From a phage, in sequence record PX068454.1: DNA of 64,000 bases; one strand, written 5' to 3'. Under the pieces are notes generated by a model that worked only from the letters and a program-made list of their open reading frames with translations, ran no database searches and was not told the DNA's origin. Numbering within the stretch: position 1 is the stretch's first letter; each line of letters begins with the position of its first letter. The translations under genes were made by a program, and so were the position numbers. Shown here piece after piece: positions 54,373-64,000 of this stretch.

Positions 54373-55413
54373 CTACGCATAATTAACAGTGATCCATTGA
54401 CCATTTACAAGTTTTTGTAAAGGTCCTGCCCAGTAGGTTGAACCACGCATCTCTTTTTTATCACCAAAATGCCAACCTGTGACAACGTAGCCGTTGCGAA
54501 CTGGAGATTCAGAAACACCATCAACAAGTCTTGCACCGATTCTGATATCCTGTACCCCTGTCTGCGGGATGGTGATCGTTACATCGCCGTTACCGTTAGC
54601 CGTCACTCCATTCACAGAGCGCACCACATTTCTGTTACCGACAACACAATGCTGGCTTCTTACAACCATACTGTCACAACTTGCGCCGCCATTAACATAT
54701 ACGGACCCAGCTGTCAACTGACTAGCCACATTACAGTTGGTGAATGTTGCTGTGCTGCTAATGGTAAGGTTGTTACACCGCATGTTATCGACAACTTCAA
54801 CATTACCTACCACTTTCAACAGCGCACGGTTAGCCGTGATCGCGTTCAGGTACATCAAAGTGAACTCTGGATTAATGTCTGGCTGAGTTGGCTGGAATCT
54901 CCAACGAAACGCATCTACTGTAGATGTGCCACCATCATCAAACGCCCCAGTGTTATCACTTAACCCAAAGTCGAGAGTTGTCTTATCTGGACCAATAGTT
55001 GTCTCTATCCAAGCCTTATCTGTCTCGGCAGCTTTAAAGTTGATACGCTGCAAACCTAAGGGGCCTGTCATTGTATCGCCTGTAACTTTTACATACCTGG
55101 CGTCTGCCTCTTCCTTAGTAATAATCCCAAGGTTTCTACGGGCAACAGGAATGTTCAAAAGATCGCTCAGGTTATTATCACGTACCAGATAACGGCCCTC
55201 TTGGGCAGGGATCTGCTCGTCAGCAATATATTTTGCCCAAGTCCCGAGCATATTGAAAATATAGTTAAGTTCTTCACATGACGGCTTTTGACCAAGATCC
55301 CAACCTTTTCTCCACAAATCATCAATCGGGCGTAGCCTGTTCTGTCTGTGGGTGTTAGGCAGAACCTGATCCTCCTCTGCCCAAATCTCTAATGGAAAAC
55401 TAGGTTTTGACAT
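54373..55413 (-). CDS. tail fibre protein, paralog 1 (346 aa)
   Basis: Motif TGDTMTGPLGLQRINF; C-terminus ..LVNGQWITVNYA. Confidence 0.65.
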   Translation of the reverse strand: MSKPSFPLEIWAEEDQVLPNTHRQNRLRPIDDLWRKGWDLGQKPSCEELNYIFNMLGTWAKYIADEQIPAQEGRYLVRDNNLSDLLNIPVARRNLGIITKEEADARYVKVTGDTMTGPLGLQRINFKAAETDKAWIETTIGPDKTTLDFGLSDNTGAFDDGGTSTVDAFRWRFQPTQPDINPEFTLMYLNAITANRALLKVVGNVEVVDNMRCNNLTISSTATFTNCNVASQLTAGSVYVNGGASCDSMVVRSQHCVVGNRNVVRSVNGVTANGNGDVTITIPQTGVQDIRIGARLVDGVSESPVRNGYVVTGWHFGDKKEMRGSTYWAGPLQKLVNGQWITVNYA

Positions 55414-55425
55414 TTTATCTCCTGA

Positions 55426-57498
55426 TTATGAGAAGTCTGGCGGAACAACATCTTCTACATACCCTTTCAGAGCAACCTGCCCCATATGCAGAACAGTAGA
55501 ATCTCTGGCGGTAACAGTGATGCTGTCAGACATTACTTGCGGGTATGCCCACACATACTGTTTTACCTCAGGGTATCTATACTCTATGGTTGCCATGTTT
55601 CCGCAAATACATCTCCATAAAAATTCTTGGTAATTCCTGGTTGGGTCGTAGCCATATACCGGAGCAAGCTCTTTGCTAGGAACGAACCCTGCAAGGTATT
55701 GTATTTCAGACGGTTTCCAACCTAACTTAACGATAGGTATGTTTACAGACTCTTTTGCCTTTTCAATACCTCCCTGCATCACCCAATCGTAGCACTCAGT
55801 GCAGAAGAAATCAAGAGCACCTGCTTCCTTTTTATATTGGTCAGCAAGGTTCAGTTTTTGCGTAAGCTCGGTTTCCATAATAGTGGGGAAAAACAGTAAA
55901 GCTGTCATCTGAGCTGATGCAGCGTGTGCTTTTATTGCCTTTGAAATAGCTGCAATACGAGCGCCAAGCTTACCACGACAAAATGCTACATACTTGTCAT
56001 AAACACCGCCAGTTTTAGGATCGTCAATAGTCCCAATGTCTAGTGCATATTCACCAGTCTCATCATAAAACGCCTGCTTTGTAGGGTAGTCATAAATACA
56101 AGGCTTACGAGTATCGGTATTGAACCACCACCACGGTTCACCAATCTGCATAATCACTGGCAGGTTGTTTCTCATAGCGGCTGATGCAAAATTCTTAAAT
56201 ACTGCAGTAAGGAAATTCATGCCCTCTTCAATGGTTGGAGACAGGAGGTAACTACAAGGCGTATAGCCTGTTTTAGCATAGTTATCGTTCCAGTCTCTCT
56301 GGGTCCATTCCAACGGACAGGCATCGCTATAAAGCTCAAAGCTTACAGACTGCATAACGTCGAAGTCATGCCGTTTGGCGTTGTACATAAAATCATCATG
56401 CCATTTATAAGCTGCAGCGTTTAGAGCTCCTGTTTTGTTTATAGACCATTGGGTTCCTGACCATGTGTAGTCATAATAATGGCTCATACCAACATAATGG
56501 TTTATGGTTCCTGTATAGCCCAGACGCTTGATATTACTCAACACCCTTAAAGGGGATACGTTCCACATATCGTCATATGCTGTGCAGATCCCAACATCGT
56601 GTTCTTTCACCTGAATATTGTTAAGTTGCATCATTTTCCAGCCTGTGTCCGGCTGAAGAAGATCTAGACGCAACTCACATTCTACATTTTCCGTTCTCGG
56701 GTCTGTACTATTACCTACCCAATCTTTAGGCATAAGTGGTATTAGAATCCTTCTCACCTGCCGAGGATCAACACCCATCATGTTGTTGTTCTGGTCCATC
56801 CCGACGCAGTCCTCGAAATCAATATGAATTTCTGCAACATTCTTATCCTCTGAGATGCTGACAGCATATTGAGCTAAAGGAACATAGATGATTGTACCAT
56901 CAACAAGGTCTACAGTCATAATCATCTTTTCAGGGGTGGAGAAGTTGCTGGCATTGGTTATTGACATTCTGAACCAAAGCTTGGTGTTTCTCATCTCGTA
57001 GTGATCATCAAATCCAATGCCGAAATGGTCATACTTGTCAACTGTTTCCCAAATGCACCCAGCCATGCCTCCATATGTTCTTGACACTAAACGGTTAATA
57101 CAGCAGTTATTATCCGCAACAATACAGGTGCTTTCAGTCTGCTGTGTGGTTGTAACCCAGTATCTTGGGTGAAACATTCTCTCCTCAACGGTATCCCAAG
57201 ATATTCTGTCAAGATTCTCATCTGAAACTATTGTACATTTCGCTCTTTGTGTTCCAATCATAACCCCTTGGGAGTTTGATGAAAACTCCATAAAGAAGCT
57301 TCTTGGCAACCTGTTTGGCAATTTGTCAACAATTTCTACAGGGATCTCAATACTGGTTGCCCCAACCGGGATAGTTACATCGCCCTCAACATGATCATAA
57401 TCCCTACCCGGAACTGCAGTATCCTGAACTGTGCGGTAATGAAACCGTGCAGCCATTGTAGAGTAATCACGGTAAGGTTTAAAAACAGCTGTTGCCAT
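55426..57498 (-). CDS. tail-associated protein (690 aa), possible hydrolase domain
   Basis: Large ORF in tail module; no motif confidently recognised. Confidence 0.5.
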   Translation of the reverse strand: MATAVFKPYRDYSTMAARFHYRTVQDTAVPGRDYDHVEGDVTIPVGATSIEIPVEIVDKLPNRLPRSFFMEFSSNSQGVMIGTQRAKCTIVSDENLDRISWDTVEERMFHPRYWVTTTQQTESTCIVADNNCCINRLVSRTYGGMAGCIWETVDKYDHFGIGFDDHYEMRNTKLWFRMSITNASNFSTPEKMIMTVDLVDGTIIYVPLAQYAVSISEDKNVAEIHIDFEDCVGMDQNNNMMGVDPRQVRRILIPLMPKDWVGNSTDPRTENVECELRLDLLQPDTGWKMMQLNNIQVKEHDVGICTAYDDMWNVSPLRVLSNIKRLGYTGTINHYVGMSHYYDYTWSGTQWSINKTGALNAAAYKWHDDFMYNAKRHDFDVMQSVSFELYSDACPLEWTQRDWNDNYAKTGYTPCSYLLSPTIEEGMNFLTAVFKNFASAAMRNNLPVIMQIGEPWWWFNTDTRKPCIYDYPTKQAFYDETGEYALDIGTIDDPKTGGVYDKYVAFCRGKLGARIAAISKAIKAHAASAQMTALLFFPTIMETELTQKLNLADQYKKEAGALDFFCTECYDWVMQGGIEKAKESVNIPIVKLGWKPSEIQYLAGFVPSKELAPVYGYDPTRNYQEFLWRCICGNMATIEYRYPEVKQYVWAYPQVMSDSITVTARDSTVLHMGQVALKGYVEDVVPPDFS

Positions 57499-58184
57499 TA
57501 ACCCTCCTGTCTAGTTGCGTTTACTGTAATACTTTCACAATAAATAGTTGTGGTATCCCAATCAGGTCTTACGTCAGGAACATATAACAAAGTAGCCAGC
57601 CCACCAACCCCGAACTGGTTTTCTTCCCACACTGATCCGAAGCCGAGAGCTGTAGAGTCTCCTTCAAAACCAAAAGCTTGCCCTTGCGACTCCGTAAGAC
57701 GCAAATGACAAGGCAATGGCAGCATATCTAAGATCTGGTCGATAGACTGCAATATGTCAAAGCAAGTTTTTCTAATGTTTATGTCAAACCTGAAATTGTC
57801 ACCTTTCCACGTATCGAAATTGTCTCTTCCGAACAATTGTCGCAAGGTGGAGATGACATCTTCGCGAGTCCCACCCCTTGATGCTGCTGCTTGCTGAATA
57901 ACCAGGGTAGCACGAAAATCCGCATCTGAAAGCCCATTCCGAAGAATACCGAGTTGATTACCAACTTCGTCAAGGTATCTCCCGCTGGCATTGTTAAGCA
58001 ATCTTCCTTCAGCCAAGCCTACCAGCATTTTATCAACATTCTCCAACCTTTTAAGGTACACGGTTAAGAATGTGACTAAATTAACCTTCTCAGCCAGAAA
58101 ATCTCCAGGCAGGTAATCAAGACCTCCCTGAACAAAATCTGGCAGAGTGTGGATGTGGTTGACATCCGACTTAATCTCTGCCAT
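57498..58184 (-). CDS. tail or baseplate-associated protein (228 aa)
   Basis: Stop/start overlap with upstream gene; position between baseplate-like and fibre genes. Confidence 0.5.
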   Translation of the reverse strand: MAEIKSDVNHIHTLPDFVQGGLDYLPGDFLAEKVNLVTFLTVYLKRLENVDKMLVGLAEGRLLNNASGRYLDEVGNQLGILRNGLSDADFRATLVIQQAAASRGGTREDVISTLRQLFGRDNFDTWKGDNFRFDINIRKTCFDILQSIDQILDMLPLPCHLRLTESQGQAFGFEGDSTALGFGSVWEENQFGVGGLATLLYVPDVRPDWDTTTIYCESITVNATRQEG

Positions 58185-58195
58185 ATCTCACCGCC

Positions 58196-59686
58196 TTAAA
58201 TAGTTTGTTGGAAAGTTATATTACTTTCGTCTAGGTCAAACACCTCAGTCATGTTTGCAACAATATCGTTTGTAGTGTAAGCCTCATCAGAGGCTCCCAC
58301 AGGTTTGACTTGAATTACAAGTCTGTTAAATCTGCCTATTGACACAGCAGCCGATGCAGCACCAACCAATTGGATATTGTACAACGTATCTGCAACATCC
58401 AGTCCGTTAACAACCTGCAAAAGAGCCTCTACAATGGCATCTTTTTCGGTTGTGGAAAGCGCAGCACCTGAGTAGGTAATTCTTACATCTAGGCGGTAGG
58501 TATTTGCCTTGGAGTAATAAATCCTTTCAGTCTGACCGTCTGATGTGGTAATATCGTAGAAGATATTCCCATAAGTTCTGTTTGTGCAAGCTATGGTTTG
58601 ATACAGCGCCTGACAGATATCCTCTGTTGCACCACCAAACACCACCACTTGAAACTTATAAGGTGGTATACCTTTCGCATCCGTTTTATCGGTGTTGTTG
58701 GAGAACACTCTTACTTTCTCAACACCTTTCACCTCGCTTACAGCGCTAAGGATTGCAGGACGGGTAGCTTTAGATGTCAGCTGTTTAGTGCTGGAAGCTC
58801 TTAAGCGATACTCAGAGTCTTTCTCAACATCCCTACCCTCATTGAATCTTTCTCGGTTGGTAAGCTTGATAAATCCACTGGGAGTAGGTGACATTGTTGT
58901 CACGGTTTCTGCCTCTCTTGACAGCTCACCAGCCTCGTTAGCGATAACATCTAGGGTGATAGTTCTTTCACCTACAATCGGGGATACTCTGAAATCTACT
59001 CTGCTATTAAGCCCAACTTGATCAAGATTTGAATTGTATCCTATCCACAACGTTCCTGTCAACATATCTATCTGAATTAAATCGTCGTTCAACAGGGTTG
59101 TATTATCTACAATGAATTGCTTAATCTCTCCGTAAAAGCTTGGTAAATCAGAAGAGTCCAGAGACTTATCGGTTAAAACCAGACTTTTTGTTTTGATACT
59201 TCCATCTGTCTGGTTAGTAATTTGAAAGTTGTATTTACCGATTCTTAGGTCTGGAGCGTTTATTCTGTGAGCAATAAGATTTCCCGCCACCTGCACGTCA
59301 CTGCTAAGAACAAAGTTACCACTATCCAGCGTGTAGGTTTTGGAATCATAAATCATATTGTACGGCACAGTTGTGTTAATTGTCAACTGGCAAGTACCTG
59401 ATGATTTAGAACGGCCTCTTCGATAAATACCTTGCCTTCCAAGAAGTTCATCAAGGTAAATACCTTCTGCCCCATAAAGCGTCTGCGATGCGTATACAGA
59501 TGCTGCCATAAGAATAAGTTGATACTCTCGCTCGTTGAAGATAGTGGTCAGCTTATCTGCAACGGAGTTACTTTGTACGTTGAAGTTTTCGCCAAAAGCA
59601 CGGATCAGGCTTTGCTTAGTTTCAACGATTAGGTCATTTAGAGTTGGTATAACGAAACCAGCCTCTGTCAATCCATACTTAGCCAC
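58196..59686 (-). CDS. baseplate J-like protein (496 aa), tentative
   Basis: N-terminus MAKYGLTEAGFVIPTLNDL resembles baseplate J/gp47-family starts; position after tail tip gene. Confidence 0.45.
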   Translation of the reverse strand: MAKYGLTEAGFVIPTLNDLIVETKQSLIRAFGENFNVQSNSVADKLTTIFNEREYQLILMAASVYASQTLYGAEGIYLDELLGRQGIYRRGRSKSSGTCQLTINTTVPYNMIYDSKTYTLDSGNFVLSSDVQVAGNLIAHRINAPDLRIGKYNFQITNQTDGSIKTKSLVLTDKSLDSSDLPSFYGEIKQFIVDNTTLLNDDLIQIDMLTGTLWIGYNSNLDQVGLNSRVDFRVSPIVGERTITLDVIANEAGELSREAETVTTMSPTPSGFIKLTNRERFNEGRDVEKDSEYRLRASSTKQLTSKATRPAILSAVSEVKGVEKVRVFSNNTDKTDAKGIPPYKFQVVVFGGATEDICQALYQTIACTNRTYGNIFYDITTSDGQTERIYYSKANTYRLDVRITYSGAALSTTEKDAIVEALLQVVNGLDVADTLYNIQLVGAASAAVSIGRFNRLVIQVKPVGASDEAYTTNDIVANMTEVFDLDESNITFQQTI

Positions 59687-59752
59687 GTCACTCCTCCGGT
59701 ATGAAAATCTCTACAAGGTATTTTACCAAATTTTGTAACAATAGTCAATCTG

Positions 59753-59785
59753 AGCATAAAAATAAACCCCGCCGAAGCGGGGCTT
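59753..59785 (-). terminator. rho-independent terminator
   Basis: Minus strand CCCCGC-TTCG-GCGGGG followed by TTTATTTTTAT; downstream of J-like gene. Confidence 0.55.
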
Positions 59786-59790
59786 TACTG

Positions 59791-62700
59791 TTAGTCATGA
59801 GACTCGTTCCAAGGTCCCTGGAAGCTAGAGTTTGAACGACTAACTATTACGGTTGGACAAGATATTGTAACCCCTGTCACACTTGACGTTGACCATGGTG
59901 TGTAAATCTCGACGATAATGTCTATAGTTTGTTCACCAAGACCTGTTATCCCTACCGCACACATGCCGTTGTTGTCGTTTCCGTACTTCTTGCCTGCAAG
60001 GATTTGATGTCCGGCTATCCAAACGTTAAGCTGGGAGCTGGCAAGAGTACCATTCAGTTTAAAGAAGAATGTTACGTTCTTACCCTGACCTGAAACGTTA
60101 TCTACATATCTCCACCTCCAACGGCAAACCCTTTGCTGGGAGTTGTATACTGGAGCACAATCTCCGTAAGTCCTGTGTGCAACAATCGCACCTTCGAACT
60201 GGTTAGCACGGATAACGGAAGCTTCTACACGTCCACGGAATGTACCTCCTGTTGCATCTATGGTTCCTCTAAAGCTACCATTGTTGGCATAAACATCTCC
60301 ACGGAAGGTGCCACTGGTAGCGTTAACTGCCCCTGTGAAGTTACCTGCACTAGCGTTGATGTTACCTTTCACCCACACATCCATAAACTGGGCGTGCCCG
60401 TTCTTGTTAATATACCAACCGTATTTGTGGTACCCATTGCCATCGTAGTTGTTTGACGAAATTTCTTGTGCGATCTTGGCAGATGAAATCGTCCCGTTCT
60501 CTATAAAAGCATCTTTCAAGAACGCTTGGTTGTTCTTGATTGCGAAAGCAAGGGTTGCTGTTCCATTTCCAGGGTTGTATACCGCAAAATTGTTTGCACT
60601 AACCATGAAGTAGGATTGAACTTGGCCTCCAGACCCTTCCATCCCCAACTGGATACCTGCAACATATTTATTCCCTGCGGAGTCTACCTGTATTTTTGTG
60701 CCCCATTGAGCATTTACTTTACCCTCTAAGTCGGTTACAGCCTTAGATGTTGTAGCTACTGCAGCCCTGATCTCGGACACATCCCCAACATCATCAATGA
60801 TCTCCTGCTTAGCAACAGCAAGTTCTTGACGAATAGCTGACGCTGTGCCGTTGATAAGGTCCACAGTAGCTTTGTTGGTATCGGAAATTGTAGCATCCAG
60901 CGCTGTTTTTGTGGAAGTCAGTTTTCCATCCAAAGCATCAATCGCCTGCTTGTTGGTAGAAATCTCCCCACGTGCAGAAGTTATCTGCTCTGACAGTGCA
61001 GATGTTTTCTGATTCAACAAGTCAGTGGTGGCCTTGTTGGTATTGGCAATCAAGGTGTTGAGGTCAGTTTTTGCGGTGGTTATCTTGCCATCCAGGGTGG
61101 TATAGTTTTTAGATACCGTCGCGTTTGTCTGACTGATCTTTTGATCCAGAGTTTCAGATGTCCTGTTCAAAAGATCCACAGTTGCCTGGTTAGTGCTCAA
61201 GATGCTTGCGTCAAGTTCTGTTCTCTGAGTATTGATCTTACCATCCAGAGTTTTATCTCCGGCTAAATACCCGCTCTCAACTCCCTCTATCTGCTCTACC
61301 AGCTCACCTTTGGCGGCAACCAATTTCTCATCTAAAGCCTCTGTCTTTTTGTTCAGAAGATCAGCAGTTGCTTTATTGGTTGTCTCGATCAGAGATGCCA
61401 GTCTGCCACTTTCAGTGTTCAGATCGTTGGTGAATTTGTTCTGTGCAGCAACAAGTTTCCTATCCAGCGCTGTAATGTTACCATTGACATCTTCAAACTT
61501 CTGAGTTGTTTCTGTAACTACCGCACCTATTCTGTCCCCAAGTTGTTGGAACGCTTCATCTACCCTACCATCCATGTACCTGTTAAGTTCTGTGACACGA
61601 TTTTCAACCTCTTCAATAGAGGAATCCAAAGTGCTCATCAACTCTTTATAAGTTTCTGTCTTTTTGAATTCAGCATCTATCTGAGGCATCAAATCCTCAA
61701 TAGAGGTATAGCAGCGTGCAGCGCATTCTACAAACTGAGAGCTACCAAAAGCGTTTGTGGTTCGAATATACCAATAATAAACCTTATCGTTCTGCAGACC
61801 TTCAGATGTCCAAGTCGAACCAACACCCATACGGGTGGCTTCTGAAGTAACGGTTGCATCACTAGTGTCTGGCAACCTTGTCATACCAGATGTCCAAAAG
61901 TCATACTGGGTGCTTACACTTGCTAAATCCCTGCTGTGTGGAATCAAGGTGATAGCAAAGTATCCTTGCTTAACCTCTACAGAAACAGGAGCTTCAGGTG
62001 CCTGAATGTTAAACTCGCAGTACGCTTCTGGAGATACACCACCTTTATAAGATGTTGCAACCACGGTTGCTGTGTATGACCCTTTGGTCAAGCCTTCTAC
62101 TCTGACAAACTGCTCAACTGTCTGTGCTGTCCAAACAATCTCTCCGTTCTTTCTTACCTGCACAATATTTTGAGCGTAAGTTCCAACGTTGTCCCAAGCC
62201 AAAACACCGTGAGTTACTTCCCCAGCTTGGAGAACGGAGTATCTGAAGTTTTGCGGTTGAGCTACACCGGATGGGGATATCGGAATATCTACATCGCCGG
62301 AATCCGGAAGTTGCCCTGTGGCATCATTCCACTCTTTAGCATCTTGACGAAGTTTTACCTTGACACCGCCCTTTTTGGTGAACTCCCATTCAAGAACCCT
62401 CATTTCTTGGCCCACTATACCAATACTTGGGAGATTCATTGTAACGTAACGGCCAGGTTTAAATTTAAAACCTCGCATATTGCAGGTGACTTCAATAATC
62501 CTGCCAGCTCTAGCACGTCTTAAAAATATTGCAGAAACACGCTGAGCTTGATAAGGGCTGGTAACAAAGCGGTAGTCTATATCGATTATCTTTCTTTCTC
62601 CATCCTTCTCTATCCACTCTGGGACAAACACTGATGGAAAATCTGTTTCAGAATACCCTTTGGTCGGACTGGTGAATCTGCCAGTTATTGTGTTGGATCT

Positions 62701-63630
62701 TTTGTCAAACGAGGCTTCCGGATAGATCTTAACCTCACCACAGACACAGTCCTCACTCAGTGTCATTGTTGCCGGACCATAATATGCACCTACCAGCAGT
62801 CCATACTTACCAGCTACATAGCTGAGATCTGCACCACAAGCTTTCAGCATTTCTGCCATAATACTTGCTGGGGCCTCATCCATATCGAACTCGCCATTAA
62901 TGGTGTAACGGCGCTCACTAGTTCCGTCCGCGTTTCTTACCGCCTCATCGCATATGTTAGCAGCCTCCTTGAAGGACTCCCAGTTGATGGTTTCGTCAGG
63001 ACATTTAAGGTACGTTCTTAAATAGTCTAGAATCACCAAGGCCGCGTTATTGGTATACACCTCTTTACTGATACGAGGATCATAGCATTTTTTACCAACC
63101 TTGACGAGTGTAACGTTTGGCAACCCAAAAGGGAACTTGTTAGGGTCAAACCTGAAGCTGGCACGTAGCCAACTGATCCCTCTACCTATCATGTCTGGTG
63201 ACCACGACGGGCAGTGTGTACCCATGAAAGGATCAGATGTTTTTCTGTCGTTATGTAGCTCCCACGATATCAAATCTCCATACGAGGAAATAGGATTACC
63301 GTCGATGAGTATATCTTCTATACCTTCCAGGGGATGATTGGCAAGAACAATAGCACAATGGAGGGTCCTGTCCCTGTCCTGCTCCAAAAACGCAAGTAAT
63401 CCAGATGTGCGTGTCTTCCCATACACTACAGAGCAAGGTGCAGCAGAAGATCTGAGAAGCTTTTGTCTATCTTGCTGACTTCTGTAAGATTTGTTGCCCT
63501 CAAAAATCTTATCCAGAGTTCTGGTGGTAACAGTGTTCAGGCTGTCAGCCAGAGCTGCCTTGGATGCGTTCCAGTCATAACTTGAAGATCTTGCAGAAGC
63601 AACGATGTTATCAATCATTGCAATTGGCAT
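59791..63630 (-). CDS. tail tip / host-specificity protein (lambda J-like, 1279 aa)
   Basis: Fibronectin-III-like central region (QGYFAITLIPH..QYDFWTSG..YYWYIRTTNAFGSSQFVECA) matches recalled lambda J; N-terminal ..EGIEDILIDG. Confidence 0.7.
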   Translation of the reverse strand: MPIAMIDNIVASARSSSYDWNASKAALADSLNTVTTRTLDKIFEGNKSYRSQQDRQKLLRSSAAPCSVVYGKTRTSGLLAFLEQDRDRTLHCAIVLANHPLEGIEDILIDGNPISSYGDLISWELHNDRKTSDPFMGTHCPSWSPDMIGRGISWLRASFRFDPNKFPFGLPNVTLVKVGKKCYDPRISKEVYTNNAALVILDYLRTYLKCPDETINWESFKEAANICDEAVRNADGTSERRYTINGEFDMDEAPASIMAEMLKACGADLSYVAGKYGLLVGAYYGPATMTLSEDCVCGEVKIYPEASFDKRSNTITGRFTSPTKGYSETDFPSVFVPEWIEKDGERKIIDIDYRFVTSPYQAQRVSAIFLRRARAGRIIEVTCNMRGFKFKPGRYVTMNLPSIGIVGQEMRVLEWEFTKKGGVKVKLRQDAKEWNDATGQLPDSGDVDIPISPSGVAQPQNFRYSVLQAGEVTHGVLAWDNVGTYAQNIVQVRKNGEIVWTAQTVEQFVRVEGLTKGSYTATVVATSYKGGVSPEAYCEFNIQAPEAPVSVEVKQGYFAITLIPHSRDLASVSTQYDFWTSGMTRLPDTSDATVTSEATRMGVGSTWTSEGLQNDKVYYWYIRTTNAFGSSQFVECAARCYTSIEDLMPQIDAEFKKTETYKELMSTLDSSIEEVENRVTELNRYMDGRVDEAFQQLGDRIGAVVTETTQKFEDVNGNITALDRKLVAAQNKFTNDLNTESGRLASLIETTNKATADLLNKKTEALDEKLVAAKGELVEQIEGVESGYLAGDKTLDGKINTQRTELDASILSTNQATVDLLNRTSETLDQKISQTNATVSKNYTTLDGKITTAKTDLNTLIANTNKATTDLLNQKTSALSEQITSARGEISTNKQAIDALDGKLTSTKTALDATISDTNKATVDLINGTASAIRQELAVAKQEIIDDVGDVSEIRAAVATTSKAVTDLEGKVNAQWGTKIQVDSAGNKYVAGIQLGMEGSGGQVQSYFMVSANNFAVYNPGNGTATLAFAIKNNQAFLKDAFIENGTISSAKIAQEISSNNYDGNGYHKYGWYINKNGHAQFMDVWVKGNINASAGNFTGAVNATSGTFRGDVYANNGSFRGTIDATGGTFRGRVEASVIRANQFEGAIVAHRTYGDCAPVYNSQQRVCRWRWRYVDNVSGQGKNVTFFFKLNGTLASSQLNVWIAGHQILAGKKYGNDNNGMCAVGITGLGEQTIDIIVEIYTPWSTSSVTGVTISCPTVIVSRSNSSFQGPWNESHD

Positions 63631-64000
63631 TAATACCTCCAGACATCAACAACAATAGAATCTTTCATGTCGAACATAAAGACCCCTTTATCACCTTTCG
63701 CCCAAATCTGGTTGTTCCAGAACACACCCGCGGTGAGTCCGTTCAGTCCTTCGAAAATAACAATATCCCCACGCTGAACCTGTTTAGGAGTGTCCAGTCG
63801 AGTCATAAAGAAATCAAAAATAGTAGGCAGGTGTGTGGTTTTGAAATGAAGCATGCACCATCTCTTGCTTTCCAACTCTGTTTTATACGTTCCTTCGAAG
63901 TTAGAAAGAAAATCTGTTCCGTATTGGGCATCAACACACTTAGCCGCAAAGGTGCAACAATCGTGGAATCCCCATTCAAAAGGTATGGTGGCCTCTTCGT
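63630..64000 (-). CDS. 5'-truncated tail assembly protein with NlpC/P60-like Cys motif (lambda K-like)
   Basis: Frame stays open to window edge (..FEWGFHDCCTFAAKCV..); the 81-aa track ORF is its C-terminal part. Confidence 0.4.
   Translation of the reverse strand, partial: EEATIPFEWGFHDCCTFAAKCVDAQYGTDFLSNFEGTYKTELESKRWCMLHFKTTHLPTIFDFFMTRLDTPKQVQRGDIVIFEGLNGLTAGVFWNNQIWAKGDKGVFMFDMKDSIVVDVWRY

Noticed and set aside
45439-55192. Plus-strand ORFs (up to 271 aa) inside the tail-module genes
   Set aside because: Antisense to long structural ORFs; typical shadow ORFs.
52314-55413. Diversity-generating retroelement acting on the tail fibres
   Set aside because: No reverse transcriptase gene and no template/variable repeat pair with adenine-specific differences; the two fibres are ordinary diverged paralogs.
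63630-63875. 81-aa ORF as an independent gene
   Set aside because: The frame stays open upstream to the window edge with conserved-looking sequence, and the track start is a TTG without RBS; treated as the C-terminus of a truncated larger gene.

Overview
This window reads as a segment of a large virulent tailed-phage genome with E. coli-type sigma70 promoters. All calls come from reading the sequence and the supplied ORF track; no database search or RNA folding was run, so functional names rest on motifs I recognise. Layout: (1) 1-1560 is non-coding and repeat-rich. (2) 1562-37406 is a leftward (minus-strand) early/replication region: many small ORFs, at least eight near-consensus promoters each followed by a GC-rich 5' UTR hairpin, an SSB, a family A DNA polymerase, a T7 gp4-like primase-helicase, a C5-methyltransferase-like protein, a Dda-like helicase, rIIB and rIIA, a secreted SleB-like hydrolase and a MoxR-like AAA+ ATPase. 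(3) 37549-44549 is a rightward block (HNH-like protein, vWA/metallopeptidase protein, HAD-like hydrolase, small ORFs). (4) 44598-64000 is a leftward tail module (lambda J-like tail tip protein, paralogous tail fibres with a Tfa-like chaperone, a giant 1878-aa protein). The strongest finding is that the DNA polymerase gene is split inside motif C by a 276-nt ORF-less element with group I intron hallmarks (20984-21259). Other candidates for an undescribed system are the 1.2-kb repeat-rich non-coding island at 11400-12590, a macro-domain gene pair, and a MoxR ATPase with a divergently placed vWA/metallopeptidase partner. No tRNA or CRISPR array could be supported.
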